The notes: generated from the sequence alone by a model not told the origin. Counted from the whole stretch's first letter, positions 37,401 through 61,542 are shown. The stretch is DNA of 61,587 nt, filler included, from Choristocarpus tenellus KU-1152 (GCA_964200185.2; 9 parts of 9 records of this genome joined end to end with filler, not necessarily neighbours in it); one strand, 5' to 3'. Made by a program: numbers and translations.

Positions 37401-39747
37401 GTAAAACACACACAGTATACTACTCCCTCTGTAATTCCTAGATGCAGTTCAGTATCACCGACTCATGTTGACCGTTGGCCTGTCCACTGATAATGGTTCC
37501 TTAGAGTACCTTTACCAACATTGCAGGATATCGATCTGCACGGCGAATGATCACAACTTACCGTTGCACTCTCCATGTTTATAGCGTTAAACATAGACTG
37601 CTTCCTCCACGGTTTATCGATGCAGTTCAGTATTATGAACTATTGTCATCCGTTGATCAGTCCACTAGCAACGATTCTTTACTTAGTAAGCGTCCACAAG
37701 TATCCTCGGATATATCACATTTACAACAACTGTTACTTTTAGAGGGGTCCTTGTGATATTGGTTTGACTTTTTTTTTTCCCCCTGACACATCTGCAAAAT
37801 GTCAGAGGACATAATATATATACTTTGAACTATATTCCTATGCCCTCTGATATCGCATGCAAAATGCCCTGGGCGGTATATGACCACGACTTCCGTTGCA
37901 CTTTGCGTGGTTTATAGTAAGTCTGATCCATTTGGTATGTTTCTTCAATATACAAACTGATTTAGTAGGTGACACACATGAGTTGATTAGTAATTAGACT
38001 TGAGTCTCTCTTCCAATTCACTCTGCAACAAGTGTACCCCGACACACAATTGGATGGGATATATTCAGAACTAAAGCATCCACAAGTCTCGACTCACAGC
38101 ATGTATTGCTATCCTGGACCCCAGCACTAAAGAGTGACACACCTTATAGTATTCAACCAGCCTCTTCACAGGGCATGTCGAAAGACACATCACTTTGAAC
38201 TCTACCAGTGCTGAAAGTGCATTAGGTCACTTGTTCGCTTTACAAGACTTCAAGTCTCTAAACAGAGCACTTCCCAAGAACAATTAATTAATGCAACTCG
38301 ACATTTTACAAGTTATGATGCTTCTATACCTGACCAACCCACATGACCTTATCCTATCCAACCACTCTAAGTCTGTCACGAGTCCATTGCTGAAGCTCTT
38401 CTTTCACCACCACCATCGAACGCACAACTAAACTCTCCTTCTTCTCGGTTGACAAATCTGCCGAGGACACCTTCAAGCTGGATCTCATTGGCATGCTTAC
38501 CTGCGAGGTGGCTCAGGCCCACTGCGTTCTGGTTCAACCCACCCCCTACCACCCTGAGGTCCACCCTGACAATCCATCCATCAACAAGGCCTTCCCCATG
38601 CTTTCATTTATCACAATTGCCCAGTATCACAACCTTCGTCGCCTGGGCTCCTTCACTCAACCTAGCTCACTAACAGGGACTCCCTCAGGGATTCATCCCC
38701 TCTCTACACAGCCCAAGCAACGGCACCATCACCACCACCACCACCACACACCGCCAGAATATAAAACAACCATAGGTTCAACACAGGGATTTTGCAGGGT
38801 AGTGTGGGCCCGTAAAAAAAAGCGAGAAATGCATGGGATGTCATTTGCTGAGTCTGAAGTTAGTGTAGCAGGGACATCATTAGTTTTTCCTTCAATAAGA
38901 ATAGGTTTTGAAGATGACTTGAGACATAAAGGAAGAGAGTCATAGTTCGACAAGGCACAGGTGAACCATATTGAAGTATTATTACTGTGAGGGCTACGGT
39001 TCGTACCCTAGAGAAAAATCGACCGTGAACCATGTTTATTCTTGATATGTTGAGGAATGAACTGGGCGTGAGGTGCAAGTGGTACTGAAAACGAGCTGTG
39101 CTTGGCTGGTTTGGCAACCCTATCGACTACTTAGCAATAGCCGACTTCACACCGAAAATAACAACTGGGTGAGTGTGTTCTGGGTTCCATCAATATCTAC
39201 CAGAGTTTGTAGCCCGTGTTTGGTCTGTTTTGATCTTCTTCTCTTTGTGGGAAACGCAGTTCCAGCGTTCCTCGTATATCATCATAATCCCCACACCACA
39301 CCCATTAATGACTCCGGTTGTGCTGCTTGCAGTCTGGATTCTGGCAGCGGATATGGACTGTCGTACCTTCTTCTGCACGACGCTTGACTCCCCAAGGTCG
39401 ACTGCATAGACGTTGCCTCGTAGGAGTTCGACTGGTGCTGAAGCGAACGATGAGATGTTGATTCATGTTGCGGACATCTCGTTCAAGTTGTTTGTTCGCA
39501 GCCTATTAAGAGGCAATCTCTGCCAAGGGAATCAAAGGTGGCAAGCATGACCGAAGGAAATGGCAGAGACTGTAGTGCGTACAGCCACCGGTATCGAGGG
39601 GGCAGGGACAAGTGTATGAACATGTCTGTTTCCTGCTCAATTGTTGGGTTTGGTACAAATTCTCATTAATACATTCAAATTTGCACTGACTCTTTTCCCC
39701 AAAAAACCTTAACCCGAATCTAACGCAGTGGGCTCTGTAATGGCGTG

Positions 39748-48914
<9,167 letters not shown>

Positions 48915-51900
48915 GCTCCTGCTGACAACGATGCTGTCTCTTCCCCTTGGTTCACTCTCCTCATGATGCCCCTGAGGTGTTCCTCCTTTCCACTTTGCAT
49001 TTCAGCTAGAGCACAATATTACCTGTCCATGAAATGGTGTATACACCGTTAAAACAGGCAGGATGGTGTTTGTTGTTGGCGGAATGTTGAAGTATACGAT
49101 CCTTGGACGGATGTAGAGCAATGTATATTGGGCATGTTCTTGTGAGGAAAGGTGTGTGTGTGTGTGTGTTTTTGTGGTGAAAACAGTTTTTTCTTATTTT
49201 CTTCTCCCCTGGTAATAACACTCTTAAAGTTTACTACATATATAGAAATGGCCATTGAGTGGATGACACATCAAGTAACATACCCACCGACTTCCTTTGT
49301 GCTGTAACAGCATATTATTGTTTCGTATTTGTGGTTGCTTCTATGATCTTGTCCTTGTTGAATTAGAGACTCATGAGAACAAGCGCTCCTCATCCACTTC
49401 TTAATTGTTATTATGTGTTTGCGGGAGTGCCAGGACATTGATTCTTGGCGTTTTCCCTGTTGCAGTACCAACTACGACCAGCATGCATAACAAGGCAGGG
49501 AGGGATGTTTAATTTCGTCAAACAATAGCTGACCTGCTCTACATTTTGAACCTCGAAATGCATTTATGTTATCATCCAATTAACACACACAACAATAATG
49601 GTCCAGACGAGCTTTTGGGACAGGAAAACATTATGGTTATCAGGTTGGTCTGTGGCGATGAGAGATGCTATCTTATTGCCACTTTTTATCCTGCAGAGCG
49701 CATACCATGACCTACCAAACAGACAGATTCTAAGTTTAGAGCCTTCAAGTCCTATTTTTTGTTATCTCTTCTGTCTGGGTTAAGGGTGAGGGGATCTGTG
49801 GTCAGAGCTATTACACCTAACACTAAGTCTCATGCTAACTGTTGCACTACAACTAATTGTACTGTCTACGTTCAAGTGTTGCTTCCTACACATTGGGTTA
49901 AGCACTCCCTCCACTCGTTCCTCTGCTGATGTTCGGACATTTGACTCTGATAACCCGTAATACAAAGAAGTCAAGTCATATCTACTTTGACCCTTGACTG
50001 TCCCCTAGCAAGCTTTTTTTGCTTTATCTGACGTTCTTAACCACTATATTGACATATCGGAATTTCCATGCACCTTGTTTTACGTGAAAGGTGTGCAAGA
50101 ATATTATTAGCGCTATTAATTAATTGCCGCCTTGTGACCCTGAGCCTTCCAAATTGTAGGTTTATGTTAGGTAAGTCTCCTCGGTATCTGATATTGGTGT
50201 GGATGTCATATGTTAATGTAGCATGCGCAAGAATTTTCCTTGCATATGGGAAGGCGTTCCTAGCAGTTGAGACCCAGCAATAATCCTTATCTGCCCACCC
50301 AAGCGATCGAAAATGTCGACTGGTAACCGTCACCTGACATCTTTGCTTTGATAGGATAATTTATCAAAAAGAAATATGGTGCGGAAACATCGCCTAAATC
50401 TCAAACTTAAGGAAATGAACACCTTTTTGGCATTGCCCAAACTCATCGCTTTTCTTTCACTATACTTCACTATACTTCTTCATTAAGCAGAACAATAACA
50501 ATCGTAACCAAAAGAACTACTCTGTCGATGTTAGGAACAGGCCATTTAAAACTTATCCCAAAACTCCATCACAACAAGTTCTGTGAGAAGAGGGTCCATG
50601 TATTAATGGGATTATAGTTCCTGTTGTAATGAAGTTCCGTAACCTAGCCAATTACCAGCATTGATCGGGAGAAACAAATATCCTACGACATGCACCTTCG
50701 AATTTGCTTACTGTTCGTTGTTGTGCAACACTGGAATGATGGAAGGAGCGATAAAAAAGTGGTTGTAAAGCGAAGCGACAAACCTCGACCGATGGGCGAG
50801 ATCCTTTTTGTGACAAAAGTGAAGGAAGGTGTTAAACTGCACATCATGGGTGATTTTTTTGTTTTTTGTGGACATGCGATTGTGGAAGATCCACAAAAAA
50901 AATAGTCGGTGGCGACTAACTACTGTGGCAGAACGAACCCAGCGTCATCCCCCCAAAATATTGAGTGTTTTTTTTTCTACATAAACACAGGATCATGGAA
51001 GACCCCCAAAGGTTAGTTATCCCAGCTAACCAACACCACCACTGTCAACTGAATGCTGCTTTTCATAGTATTTTCCTTTTGGATTGATTTTTCTTGCGTC
51101 CCTCTTTTCTCCTTTTCCTTTTGCTTCCATTGTTGTGGGAGAGCATGTTGTGATGAAATGTGTTTTCAACTGTAACTATTACGTAGTACGTAGTGTTAAT
51201 TTTGTGCCCATTGACATATTGTAGATCAACGTTGTCATGGAGGGAAGGCGAAGAAACGTAATTAAGGTGAAGATCACAAGCGCAAAAACAGTCTATATTG
51301 CTCAGAAGGTGATGTTTTTTTGGTTGAATGGACCAGATACACGCACTCGACTCCGGATTTTGAAGTAATTAATTGTTGATCCTTTCACCCACGGTTTCTC
51401 TTCCTAATCGATCTCGTGGGTACGTACTCTGGGTTCTTTCTCTTGTCTTTTTTCTTTTCGATTCCTTTTCTTCTGTTACCTTTTTCACTAATTTTTCAGT
51501 ATTTTTCATCTTTTTCGTTGATGTCTCCATTTTCTTGTATTTCTGAACGAACATGCCGAACTTTGTTGCTTTGTCTAGACTACTTTTTAGACCGCAATGG
51601 CTTCAGACGTCAGAGTACTGTTGTCTGTGAAGAAAACCAAGATGATACTGCGTAAATAATAGAAACATATACAGTAATAATCAACAAGTTCAAAGTCCCT
51701 CATTATGTGCCTAATTTGTCGCACACGATAGCGGCAGAGTCATCTCCCCTATTTCTTAGACAAAGAAATGGCTGAAAGGTTTTTTCTCACTACGCTCTCC
51801 CGATGCACTGTTTGGGGGTACTTGACCTTGCCTGCACCCAATGCCAACTACACGGTGGATGTGTATCCCCAGGGATATTTGTCTTGGTTTGCACTTGATT

Positions 51901-54900
51901 CCCTCCGTAACTCACGTTCATTAGCAGTCCAACACTCGTTATCGCTCTGTTTATACTCACTCATAGTTCCCAGTGTGACAAGGTTGCTAATGAAGTGGGT
52001 TTGTAGGTAATCGTCCCGATAAATTGTAGTTTTGCAACCTGCTTCCTACCACTCGAACTGGACAACGTGTTGGTCTTGTTGAAGATCTGTGTTGACGAAT
52101 GTTTGTCAGGACTTCCCTTCATCGGACCTTCTGCCAAGTGGAAAACATCAGAGGTACAGGATCCGAGGGCCTGAAGTGGGAGTGTGGTCTGCGCTCTAAG
52201 TGTGTTTCTGTATTCCTATCTGTGCCTCAGACTAACGTATGGCAAAGATAATCCTTCACCTTTCCAGGTTGTCCCTCGCAGTAATTTCCTCCTCTGTTCT
52301 TGTTCTCTGCCCCTCCCACTCCAATCGTTTCTTTATTGTCATCACATGCACTCATCAGACGGAATTGTTACGACAATACTGTTAAGCAATAACTCTGGTA
52401 AGTACTTCTGTGTATCACATGTAACAACCACAATGGACTGCTGTAGACATTCTATTGTCAGGGTCGGATACTTCAAGGTACCATGCTTGGAGTGGGTACT
52501 TAGGGGGGCTGCGCTGAGGGGGAAAGAGGAGAGGAAGGTCCGCCAGTTATTTACTCACCGTGCTCCAGCAACGCGTGGAGGAGAGGAATGGTGGAGGGGT
52601 TGTACCAGGGTAAATAAATTGGGACTGTGTTCAAATATTCCACGCTGAACCCACAGTTATATGCCTCGGTAGAGGACAATAAATGGCTTGGTATAAATAT
52701 ACAATATTCATGTTACAGCGGGCTTATGATCTCAATTTCACTGACTGAACTCATGGGGCTCACCCATTACTATTCCTATATAGTGTGGGGTTTGCAATCG
52801 TCCACACATATTTACTTGTCTTCAGTATAGCAAGCGTATCTTGAACATGACACAAATCAATGGACACTAGTGAGTCAATACATATGGTATATCTGTCCCT
52901 GGCTCTCCATTCTATTATCTGTTCCACTGGTGGTGTCTACTGTGTACTAGCAGCACTATCTACGAACAGACTATGTTGGGGGAAGATGAAGAAAAGGATG
53001 AGGTCTGTCGTTAAGCAGCCACCACGCTAGTAAGTGCATTGGGAGAATGGGGAGGAGAGTTAATACAAGTTTGCAGGTCTGGTGGTGCTTGAGCTGCACC
53101 AGAAAGAAAGACACAGGGGGAGTGGCAGTGCCAGAGGGGTGTCTATACGTGCCTGTGCAAAATTTGATGATACAGCTATATGTACATGTGTAGCTGCGGG
53201 GTTTGTGTTTAACTTTGACCTTGAAAGTGGCCAAGAAGGAATTCAAACTTTAGAACTAAGGTGTCACAGGTCAGGGTCATGACCAGCAGCATAAGGACAA
53301 GTAAGATTCTGGATCAATCATCCCCTCAAAAAAAGGTTTTAAGGAGTTGTTGGACCAGTGGTAGCAGTTTGAGTTAGGATATGGAAGAAAACAAATCACA
53401 TGTTGGGACAACCACCTCTTTCAATAATGTTTAGAACAACATTGCACTAGATTTAGAAGAGAAGGAGTTTGGGGTTCATTTCAAAGACATCTTAATATTC
53501 ATTTGAACCTGAACACCAACCAGTAAATGTAGATGGATCCGTTATTAGGTCAGATATCTTGACTCTGCAACACTATATGTAGAATCGTGATATTGATCAT
53601 TTAGAGATTGAAACCATAATAGAAGGGGGGCGATTTTGACCTTTCCGAGTTTCAAGGCCTAGTGCATTGTAGTGTGGAAAAGTTAGAGTGGTACTTACCA
53701 CTACAGTTCTCACAACACTAATTTTTTTTTTTGTGCCTCTGTAACCCTCCCAAATTGCTTAGGGTGATGGAAGTATGGGAACGATGTCACTTCCGTAATG
53801 AAAGGCCTCCATCCCTATCATATTGTTTCGGAAAACAAAACATGTTAAATCCTAGAAAGAACAAAACGCAACGGTTCAATTCAATTAAGAACTATATTCA
53901 ACCAACCCAAACTCTTTTTGTCGGTTAGGGTGGATAGGTTCAAACTATGTGGGATGAAACGTTTCGTGTGATGGATAAAAAATCTAGAATCAAGCGACAA
54001 GTTTTTGAAGTCGTTGTATTTTTCCTATTTACAGACACATTATGTAGGGGTCCCCAAAGGCGAAAAATGTGTCATACCCCATAACACACCAAGCTTTGGT
54101 TTGTTGATCATCTCCATAGTGAATACTCAACAAGGCAGAGAGAAGTGTATGTACGACTTCTACTACTACTCTGTGTGGTTGACGGAAGCATAAACCTGTC
54201 TATGCCCATGGGGTTGCCCATGCTTCAGTAGCACTCACAGTAGTAGTTGAAGAAAACGAGCATTGCTTTGAGTGCCCTGTATGTATGCATGTATGCAGAT
54301 ATTGAAAGACCCCAAACAATTTACACATTGTGTGCATGAGTGATAGCCATGGGTAACCTGACTATAATCAATTGCTGGACTGTCCCATTGATTCGGGAAC
54401 AACTTGTTTTTCGAATGGCGCCATAGACCTCACTAATCATGTACTGGTATATTTACATGTCAACTCATTTTTTATAGGTGGCGTGGGATGGGGAGGAAAA
54501 GAGAGCAAGAGAGAACTCAGCATTGACACCTGTGCGTGCACAAATAAATTACTACTCCTGGTGCTGCATCATTAGAAAGTGGTACTACACCACCAAAAAC
54601 TTACAACCAAGATCTTCTGAAAGACTGCTAGCAACTATGGACAATAGCGCTCAAAAAAGAAGGAAAGGACGGGTCTATCACACCCCACCCGATCCAATAG
54701 CGGGGCAGTTGTTTCCAGTCCAAAGCACACGATAAATTACATACCTTCATCTATATCTCTCATGCAACTCAAGTATCTCTACTATTTTGCACTCATTGAC
54801 ATGTCACTGATGTATTTATTATTCGTTTCATAGCAAACCCACAAAAAAAATAATACAGGGACTCCAAAAGATCGGAAACTTAAAATCCATATTTCCTGAT

Positions 54901-55007
54901 GAGACCGGGTAGGACCTTCGGTAAGTATCGAGGATCACTCTCCAAAGAATCTTAGGTTCATGCAAAAGGAGCGCAACTATCTAAATACGAGGACAGCATC
55001 GTTGTCA

Positions 55008-55092
55008 GACCCAAAGTATCTGGGGGAGAGGGGGGGGTCTACACCAGGGTGTCCATTTGGACCAAAATAAGGAAAAGTATATTTTCACTATC
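55008..55092 (+). mobile_element. MITE family B long-spacer end at contig break
   Basis: GACCCAAAGTATCTG-Grich-TCTACACCAGGGT-GTCCATTTGGACCAAAATAAGGAAAAG. Confidence 0.82.
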
Positions 55093-56732
55093 NNNNNNNN
55101 NNNNNNNNNNNNNNNNNNNNNNNNNNNNNNNNNNNNTTAATTAATTAANNNNNNNNNNNNNNNNNNNNNNNNNNNNNNNNNNNNNNNNNNNNGGATATTT
55201 TTATGTTTGCTATTGTTGACCAATCTGAGCACTTTCTTCTGGTTTGGATGGGGTAAGGGTTAGTTTTATGGTAGGGGGTGGGGGGTGGGGGGGATATTTT
55301 TATGTTTTGCTATTGTTAACCAAGATGCAATGGATATCATTCGTTGTACTCAAGCTCTAAAAATATTGTGATGATAAATGTTTATATTTATATGAAATTA
55401 ATATATTATTATTATTATTATTATTATTATTTTATGATATAGGTTTATTGGAACCCTTCAAAACACATCTTTTTGTGTTTTTTTATTTCACACTGCTGTC
55501 ATAGACTTCTGGGAGTCTAAAACCAAGTAATTTTATGGGTTAGGGCTAGGGATGAGGAGCTTTTGACATGGTTGAAGATGTGCAATATAGACTAGTAGTC
55601 TATATGGTTTATAGTGTAAAAGTGAATGAAGTAATGTAACTTGAACTTATAAGCGACTGATGTAGTGTAACTTGAACTTGGAAGTGACTGACGTAGTGTA
55701 ACTGTCACAAGCATGTTTAAACATATTTCTGACGTGTTTGATGACGAATGAATTAGATAACAAGGGAGATCACCACCCCCCCACCTTGAGGATAGTGCTC
55801 ACTCTGCTAATAAACAAATCCATACCACATAAAGCAAAATACTCTTATCAGAGTAGCTCTCTTGTGCATAGGTAATGGGCCTCATTGGTATTTAAGCGGA
55901 CCTCTCTTTTGCATAGAAGAGACGGCAGTCCAGGTTTTGCATTTTGAGAGGCGTGGCTACCATGTTATGTTGTCTGACATACATAGTTGTTTTGCACCTC
56001 AGAGACTTTCATCGTCAGTAATCTTCGAAGGCGTGTTTGGCAAATTGTAATGTTGAAAGGTGCTGCCAGGTGGACTTTCCCAAAGGAACCTGGTTGTCAT
56101 TGTGACTACACTTTCCTGGTGAAATGGTTTGATGTTATAAGCCGTTTCGCAGTAGACTGACTCTTCTGTCCGACAATTAAGAAAGGTTTTGTAGGTTTTG
56201 TTAGTTTTGGTTGGTGATGTTACTACTGTATTTTGTGAAAGTTGTGGTGGCTGTCTTCCAACTACAAGGTATACCTTTGGGGGTGACGATCTTCCTATCA
56301 CCAAGCGTTGGTGTTGTTGAAGCGGCTGTTGTGGAGAGGGGCTTGGGTCGTAGCTGTGGTGTGGTTGGACAAGCTGTGCTAGTGTTTTTTTTTTTTTTTA
56401 ATATCTTTTGAGACTTGCTCTCCTTTTGATGTCAGTAGGTGGAGGGTGTATCTTTATTATTTTATTGTTTGTTGTAATAGACGTTTGTGTGTTAATAATG
56501 AAAATTAAGATTTGAATTTTAAATTCGAAAAAATATGGGTATGGTGTGAGCGGTATTAAATTGTTGGTATTGGCAGTGATAAATAACAATAAAATGTGTT
56601 TTGTGCATTTTTTTATTTCTTTATTTGAAGTGTAATTGCCTGGGGTTCTTAACCCTAACCTAACCCTAAGTTATATCTAGATAAACCTCAGCCCTAGCCC
56701 TAACCCTAGCCCTTAACTCGCCTGTTCTGCAG

Positions 56733-57474
56733 CAAGATGCGTGAAGTGGTGGCATTCACTAAGGACAAAGGTCTGTCAACTGAACTGGCCAAGACAGTAC
56801 GGCATCACTTCAGGTGGCAAAAAAAGTTTTGAAACCTGATCATTACATCACATTTAGTTGTTCGTGTTATTATTATTGTTGTTATTAATGTTATTATAAT
56901 AATAATAATTATTATTGTTTTATTCTTAATATTATTGTTGTTTTTAGTATATTATTGTTACTATTATTGTTTTTTATTCTTAATATTATTATTGTTTTTA
57001 GTATATTATTGTTATTGTTTTATTCTTAATATTATCATTGTTTTTAGTATATTGTTATTGTTTTCATTTTGTATTATATAATTATTATTATTTACATTAT
57101 TATTTTTATTTCGTGAGTGTGGCGACATTTCCTTCCACCATTAGGATGTTTCTAAGAAATAATTTTGGTGAATCTCTTTTTTCTTACAGTAGTGTATTAT
57201 ATTTTTGTTAACATTTCGCTTATTCTTTTTCTTTTTATTGTTTTTGTGTGTGTGTTGTATATGTATGTATGGCATTAAAAGGTACATGTATCGAAATGAC
57301 AAGTGGGTGAGCTATGATGGTGATGAGATACTTGCAGACCTACCACCTGGATTGAGAGCACAGGTTGTCTGTAGGGTGGAGAAGGACAAGATAGAGATGA
57401 TACCATGGCTGAAGGACAAGGATGATGTCTTTGTTGCAGACTTGGTGGTGCTTCTCAAGGGCAGGCATTATGAG
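56733..57474 (+). CDS. Two internal exons of a cyclic-nucleotide-regulated (CNG/HCN/EAG-like) cation channel, C-linker region; partial
   Basis: Exons 56733-56813 and 57282-57474 join in frame: KMREVVAFTKDKGLSTELAKTVRHHFRYMY...DEILADLPPGLRAQV...IEMIPWLKDKDDVFVADLVVLLK, the canonical C-linker leading into a CNBD. Confidence 0.8.
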
Positions 57475-58070
57475 GTGATGAAAGTCGTCTTGATTTTTAA
57501 AAACTATTTGTGTTTGTTTTTTCTTCTCTACAATAATGGTTGTAAAATTATCAGAAACTTCCTTGGGGTGGGAATGGTGGAGTGGCACAATTATTATTTT
57601 CTGTTTTCTCGGGCTTTTTTGGTTTATTTTTTTTTTAGAAGAGGAAGTTTGTAGAGCAATAAAATGTGTGTGTGTGTGTGTGTTTTTTTTTTTTATAGTG
57701 GAAGTGGTGTAGCAAAAGGTCTTGTTATTTCAAAAAGCATTATTATATTATTATTATGAATACTACCTGGGAAAAAAAAGTAGTCCCATGTTAGAGGTTG
57801 TAAGGTCTCTCTCTCTATGTGTGTGTGTGTTGCCTCTATATTTAATTAATTTATTCAAACCTATATTCCCCCCCCCCCCCCCCCCCCCCCCTCGCCCCCT
57901 CCCACTTTTCCAATAAGATCCCACAAATANNNNNNNNNNNNNNNNNNNNNNNNNNNNNNNNNNNNNNNNNNNNTTAATTAATTAANNNNNNNNNNNNNNN
58001 NNNNNNNNNNNNNNNNNNNNNNNNNNNNNGGTGAGGGAAGAAAGGGGTACTTTTTGTATTGTTTGTTGGG

Positions 58071-58257
58071 TGCTGAACGTATCTGGGGGGGGGGTGAGGG
58101 CTGTCCATTTGGGCCCTATTTTTTCATGTCGCAATTTTTTGGGGGGGCGATTTGGTCGCACTTGTTGGATGGATGACGAAAGTGCACTTTTCCTGGTCAG
58201 GGGCCAAATGGACACCCTGGTGTAGACCCCCTCCCCCCCCCACAGATACTTTGAGCC
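58071..58257 (+). mobile_element. MITE family B complete copy (187 bp)
   Basis: Both ends present: TGCTGAACGTATCTG-polyG-TGAGGGCT-GTCCATTTGG ... CCAAATGGAC-ACCCTGGTGTAGA-polyC-ACAGATACTTTGAGCC; TSD not resolved. Confidence 0.85.
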
Positions 58258-59099
58258 CAGTGGGCGGTCAGCAGGGTCTGATCTCTGCGGGTTATCCTTA
58301 GCAGTGGCCCTCATAGCTTGTGGCCTGGGGGAGAGGAGGAGGAGCTAGCCAAAAGCGGAAGCAGATACACTTGCAGCTCACCGGTAAGACGGTGAGTGGG
58401 CGATGAATTGGGCATGAATCTTCAACTGTGTAGTGGTTTGTTTAAGTGGCATGTGTATATGTACTTTGTGTTGCAGGGAGGTGTGGTGTCTGTGTATGTG
58501 CGGCATCAACCCAGTGTTCGTTTGGTTGGTATACTTGTATTTTATCATTTTTTGGTATTTTTTAGCACAGTGTATGTGTATGCGTAGTTGCTTCAGCCTA
58601 CCTGTTTTCTTTTCTTTTCTTCTGGAGGCGGGGCGGGTGGAGGACAAGAAAGCGAAACATGTATTATCATAGTGTATTACATCTATCCTCTTGATTGGCA
58701 ACACAGAATTGACTATCAAATCGGTGTCATGAAAATGAACAGTTGGTATCCTGCGATACATTGGTGCCAAAATGGTTTTGTTAAGATCCAATCAACTGTC
58801 AACGTGACCCCAGTCAACATTGCTCTCTCGTCTTTTGAAAACTGCAAACGTGCGTGGGGCGTCAGGTTCATCTCGGGGACTCTGGGGGCACCCTGTTCAT
58901 GATTGATTTTTTGTTTTTCTATTTTTCTATACTGGACGCAGCTCTCGCGCCTCCTCAATACTCTACATGTACCTTTTTGAGTACCTCTTATCAGTGCTTC
59001 AGTATATATCCTACTGCTATGTCGGGTGTACCTTGATTGTGTGCATGTTGTCTGTATGCGTATGTAAATACTACATATGTATATGTTATTCCCCCTCAG

Positions 59100-59225
59100 G
59101 AAAGCTACGGGAACAAGGCTCAAGTGTTTGTTTACAAATTTTCCCACCCTACTGATGTTCCAGACTTCTCGGAATGTTCTCGAAGATCTTGCCACACCGC
59201 GGAGCTACCATATGTCTTCCAACAG
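59100..59225 (+). CDS. Single internal exon of a type-B carboxylesterase/cholinesterase-like hydrolase (catalytic His region)
   Basis: AG acceptor at 59098-59099; ESYGNKAQVFVYKFSHPTDVPDFSECSRRSCHTAELPYVFQQ matches VYxYxF...H..ELxYVF; candidate GC donor CAG|GCATGT. Confidence 0.7.
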
Positions 59226-60053
59226 GCATGTGACAGTATGATTGTTGGTTTCATTTATAGTTGGGATGTGGTGTCAGGGTTAGGGTTAGGGTTCAAGCTA
59301 GGACTGTTTTTTTTCAGGGCCAAGTTACATTGTGTAACATTGTAAAGGTTGTGTACTTGTTCCAGTGAGTAGATGCGTATCGATAGCTAGGAGTTCCTAG
59401 AGTTAGTTTAAGGGTTAGGGATAGAATCTCTGGGAGGTGTGTTGACAGTTTCTTCGTCGGTTTGTGTGATGGGGGTGTATACAGGATGCATGAGGAGTAA
59501 AAGTGTTGTTTTTTGTAGTTACATCATTCCGTGTGGAAGGGTTGGGTATAAGAGGTGAAGTTGATTAGTGTTTAGTTGGCTGTGCGCTCAGTGGTTTCAG
59601 TGTCTCTTGGGATGTGGAGATTTGTTGTTAGGGTAATTTTTGTGTGCAGGTATGATTTTTGGACATGTTTAGTTTTCATGTGTGCAAGAGAGATTTTGGT
59701 CGTTTTTTTGTCATTTACGGTTGAATCAATGAGGATTGGATTGTTGTTAGTGTTGTAGTCAGTAGAGGGGTAGTTGAGGTTTGGTGTCTAAGGTAATTGC
59801 CTTCCTGATCATTGTGAAAATGTGGGGTTAGGGTTTTGAGGATATGTGATCGCACTATGTCCTTGAAATTGAAGGCAATAATGGTTGGTCAACTTATTGC
59901 ATCATCTACTTCTGATTGGTCACAATCTGCACTCGAGGCTGAGGCCATTTTTGATTGCAAGAAGAAGAGGGAGGAGTGGTAACATGAACCGTTGCCTTTT
60001 TTCAAATGGTGAAAAGGGTGGCTTATTCTCTTTACTGGTGATAACTGTTATGA

Positions 60054-60100
60054 GGGTAAGGGTTAGGGTTAGGGTTAGGGTTAGGGTTAGGGTTAGGGTT
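60054..60100. repeat. Interstitial telomeric repeat (TTAGGG)n
   Basis: About seven GGTTAG units; shorter tracts also near 17170, 56650-56715, 59280, 59410 and 60637-60674. Confidence 0.85.
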
Positions 60101-60704
60101 GCAATTGAGTGAGATCGTTTTTCATGTGAAAGTATGGTGAATTAATCCCGCTGGAGGTAGTTGATGGCTTCTTCAGGGGAGAGTTTCAGGTTCCTGATTA
60201 ATTTGAAAGAAGAGAGATTCCTGGGAAGAACAGGAGGAGGCTCGCTTACCATACCGGAAAAATCATGCGTTTGACATTGAATTATGGATATTTATACCCA
60301 CCTGCTTGGTATGATTGATTTGGGGGTTCATCTCCGGATTGGTTGTGTTTATAGTATCCGGTTTTGTGCGTCTTTGCAGATGAAGAACCCACATCTATAT
60401 GTGCTCTACCCATTTCCACTCTAGTTTTTCATTTGTATGAAACAAGTTTTTGAATTTTAGTTGCCCGAGACATGATGAGGTGTTGGGGGGAGCAGGAGGG
60501 GAGGTTGTAAGCAAGGTTGATCAGGGCTTAGGATGCCAATAAAAAATGGGTATCGCAGTGGTGAAATGCCGCACGAGATAGCATGTGACTAGTGTGCAGT
60601 GTGCATGCATTTTTTTCTTTTTCTTCCCTTATGTTTGGTTAGGGTTAGGGGTAGGGTTAGGGGTAGGGTTAGGGCTGTAGTTTTGTTTTTGTTTCTGTGG
60701 TTTG

Positions 60705-61400
60705 AGAGAAGCCATTGCTCTCTAATATTTCGACTTTACAATTAGTTCCAAACCAGGCATAGACAAGGTTGTACCTGATATTCTTTCTCGCCTGATGGAT
60801 AATGAGATCAATCGTGTAGCGGAAATACTTGCTCTGATTTGAAGGAATATTCCGGAAAAATATTGTCAAGTACTGTAACCCCACGTCAAGCGTACGAAAT
60901 ATGTCCAGATCGCCTTCGTGAATTGGATGTAATTCAGAGTGACTTTAAATATTTGAGTACTCTAGTGAATATCTTTCCAACTTTGGACCACACCAAAGTT
61001 TGTTCAGCACAAATGAATCAATTTTCTCTTTACTTTGCCGCATTTTGAGACCCTCAACTCATCACTTTCACCTCCATAGGAGGTCCCATAGAGAGTATCA
61101 TATTTATTTTGTTGATGCTGTAATTTCCTTGGCTGATCATATTTCCCATGCCACATATACGCAAACACTGTGCTTTTCGTGGTCAATAGGTGGTTCCAAA
61201 AGAATATCAAATCCCTGGTCTTGCATACCTGTCATGATCACCTGCTGTGGGAGGTCACTTAGGTCTTTTCCGACATACGGGACAAGGTATGATACTGATA
61301 CTGGTGGTCTATGTTTCAGAAAGGTATCAGATATTGGTACGATAGGTGGCTCAACTGTGCCAATAATGAAAACTTCTAACGGACGTCCTACCTTTTGTCT
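60705..61400 (+). mobile_element. Decayed Ty3/Gypsy pol fragment (RNase H end - linker - integrase Zn finger), same family as 35800-37400
   Basis: YFDFTISSKPGIDKVVPDILSRL, DRLRELDVIQSD (cf. DRLHDPDVTQSD near 36100), and HDHL..GHLG..YWW H2C2 remnants; nucleotide homology to 35820-36300 in inverted orientation. Confidence 0.75.
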
Positions 61401-61542
61401 CAAGGACAATGCTCACAACTCGATTTATTTAGATGGGTTACTCAGAATTTTTTGCAGTATAAGACCACTTTGCAGGGATGCCGATATGTTCTTACGGCTA
61501 TCTACCAATTGACACGCTTTGTTATTTCTCATTCCTACCCCA

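Noticed and set aside
38300-38760. Possible LINE 3' remnant with a poly-His ORF
   Set aside because: The His run is a CAC microsatellite and there are no diagnostic motifs.
49000-54990. Short ORFs and candidate minus-strand exons (e.g. 50037-50333, 51369-51554, ~52050-52170)
   Set aside because: They could not be joined into a stop-free model and no family was recognised.
55570-55885. Possible Copia LTR followed by a PBS-like AGGTAATGGGCC
   Set aside because: No second LTR, TSD or downstream gag seen; only a short internal tandem duplication supports it.
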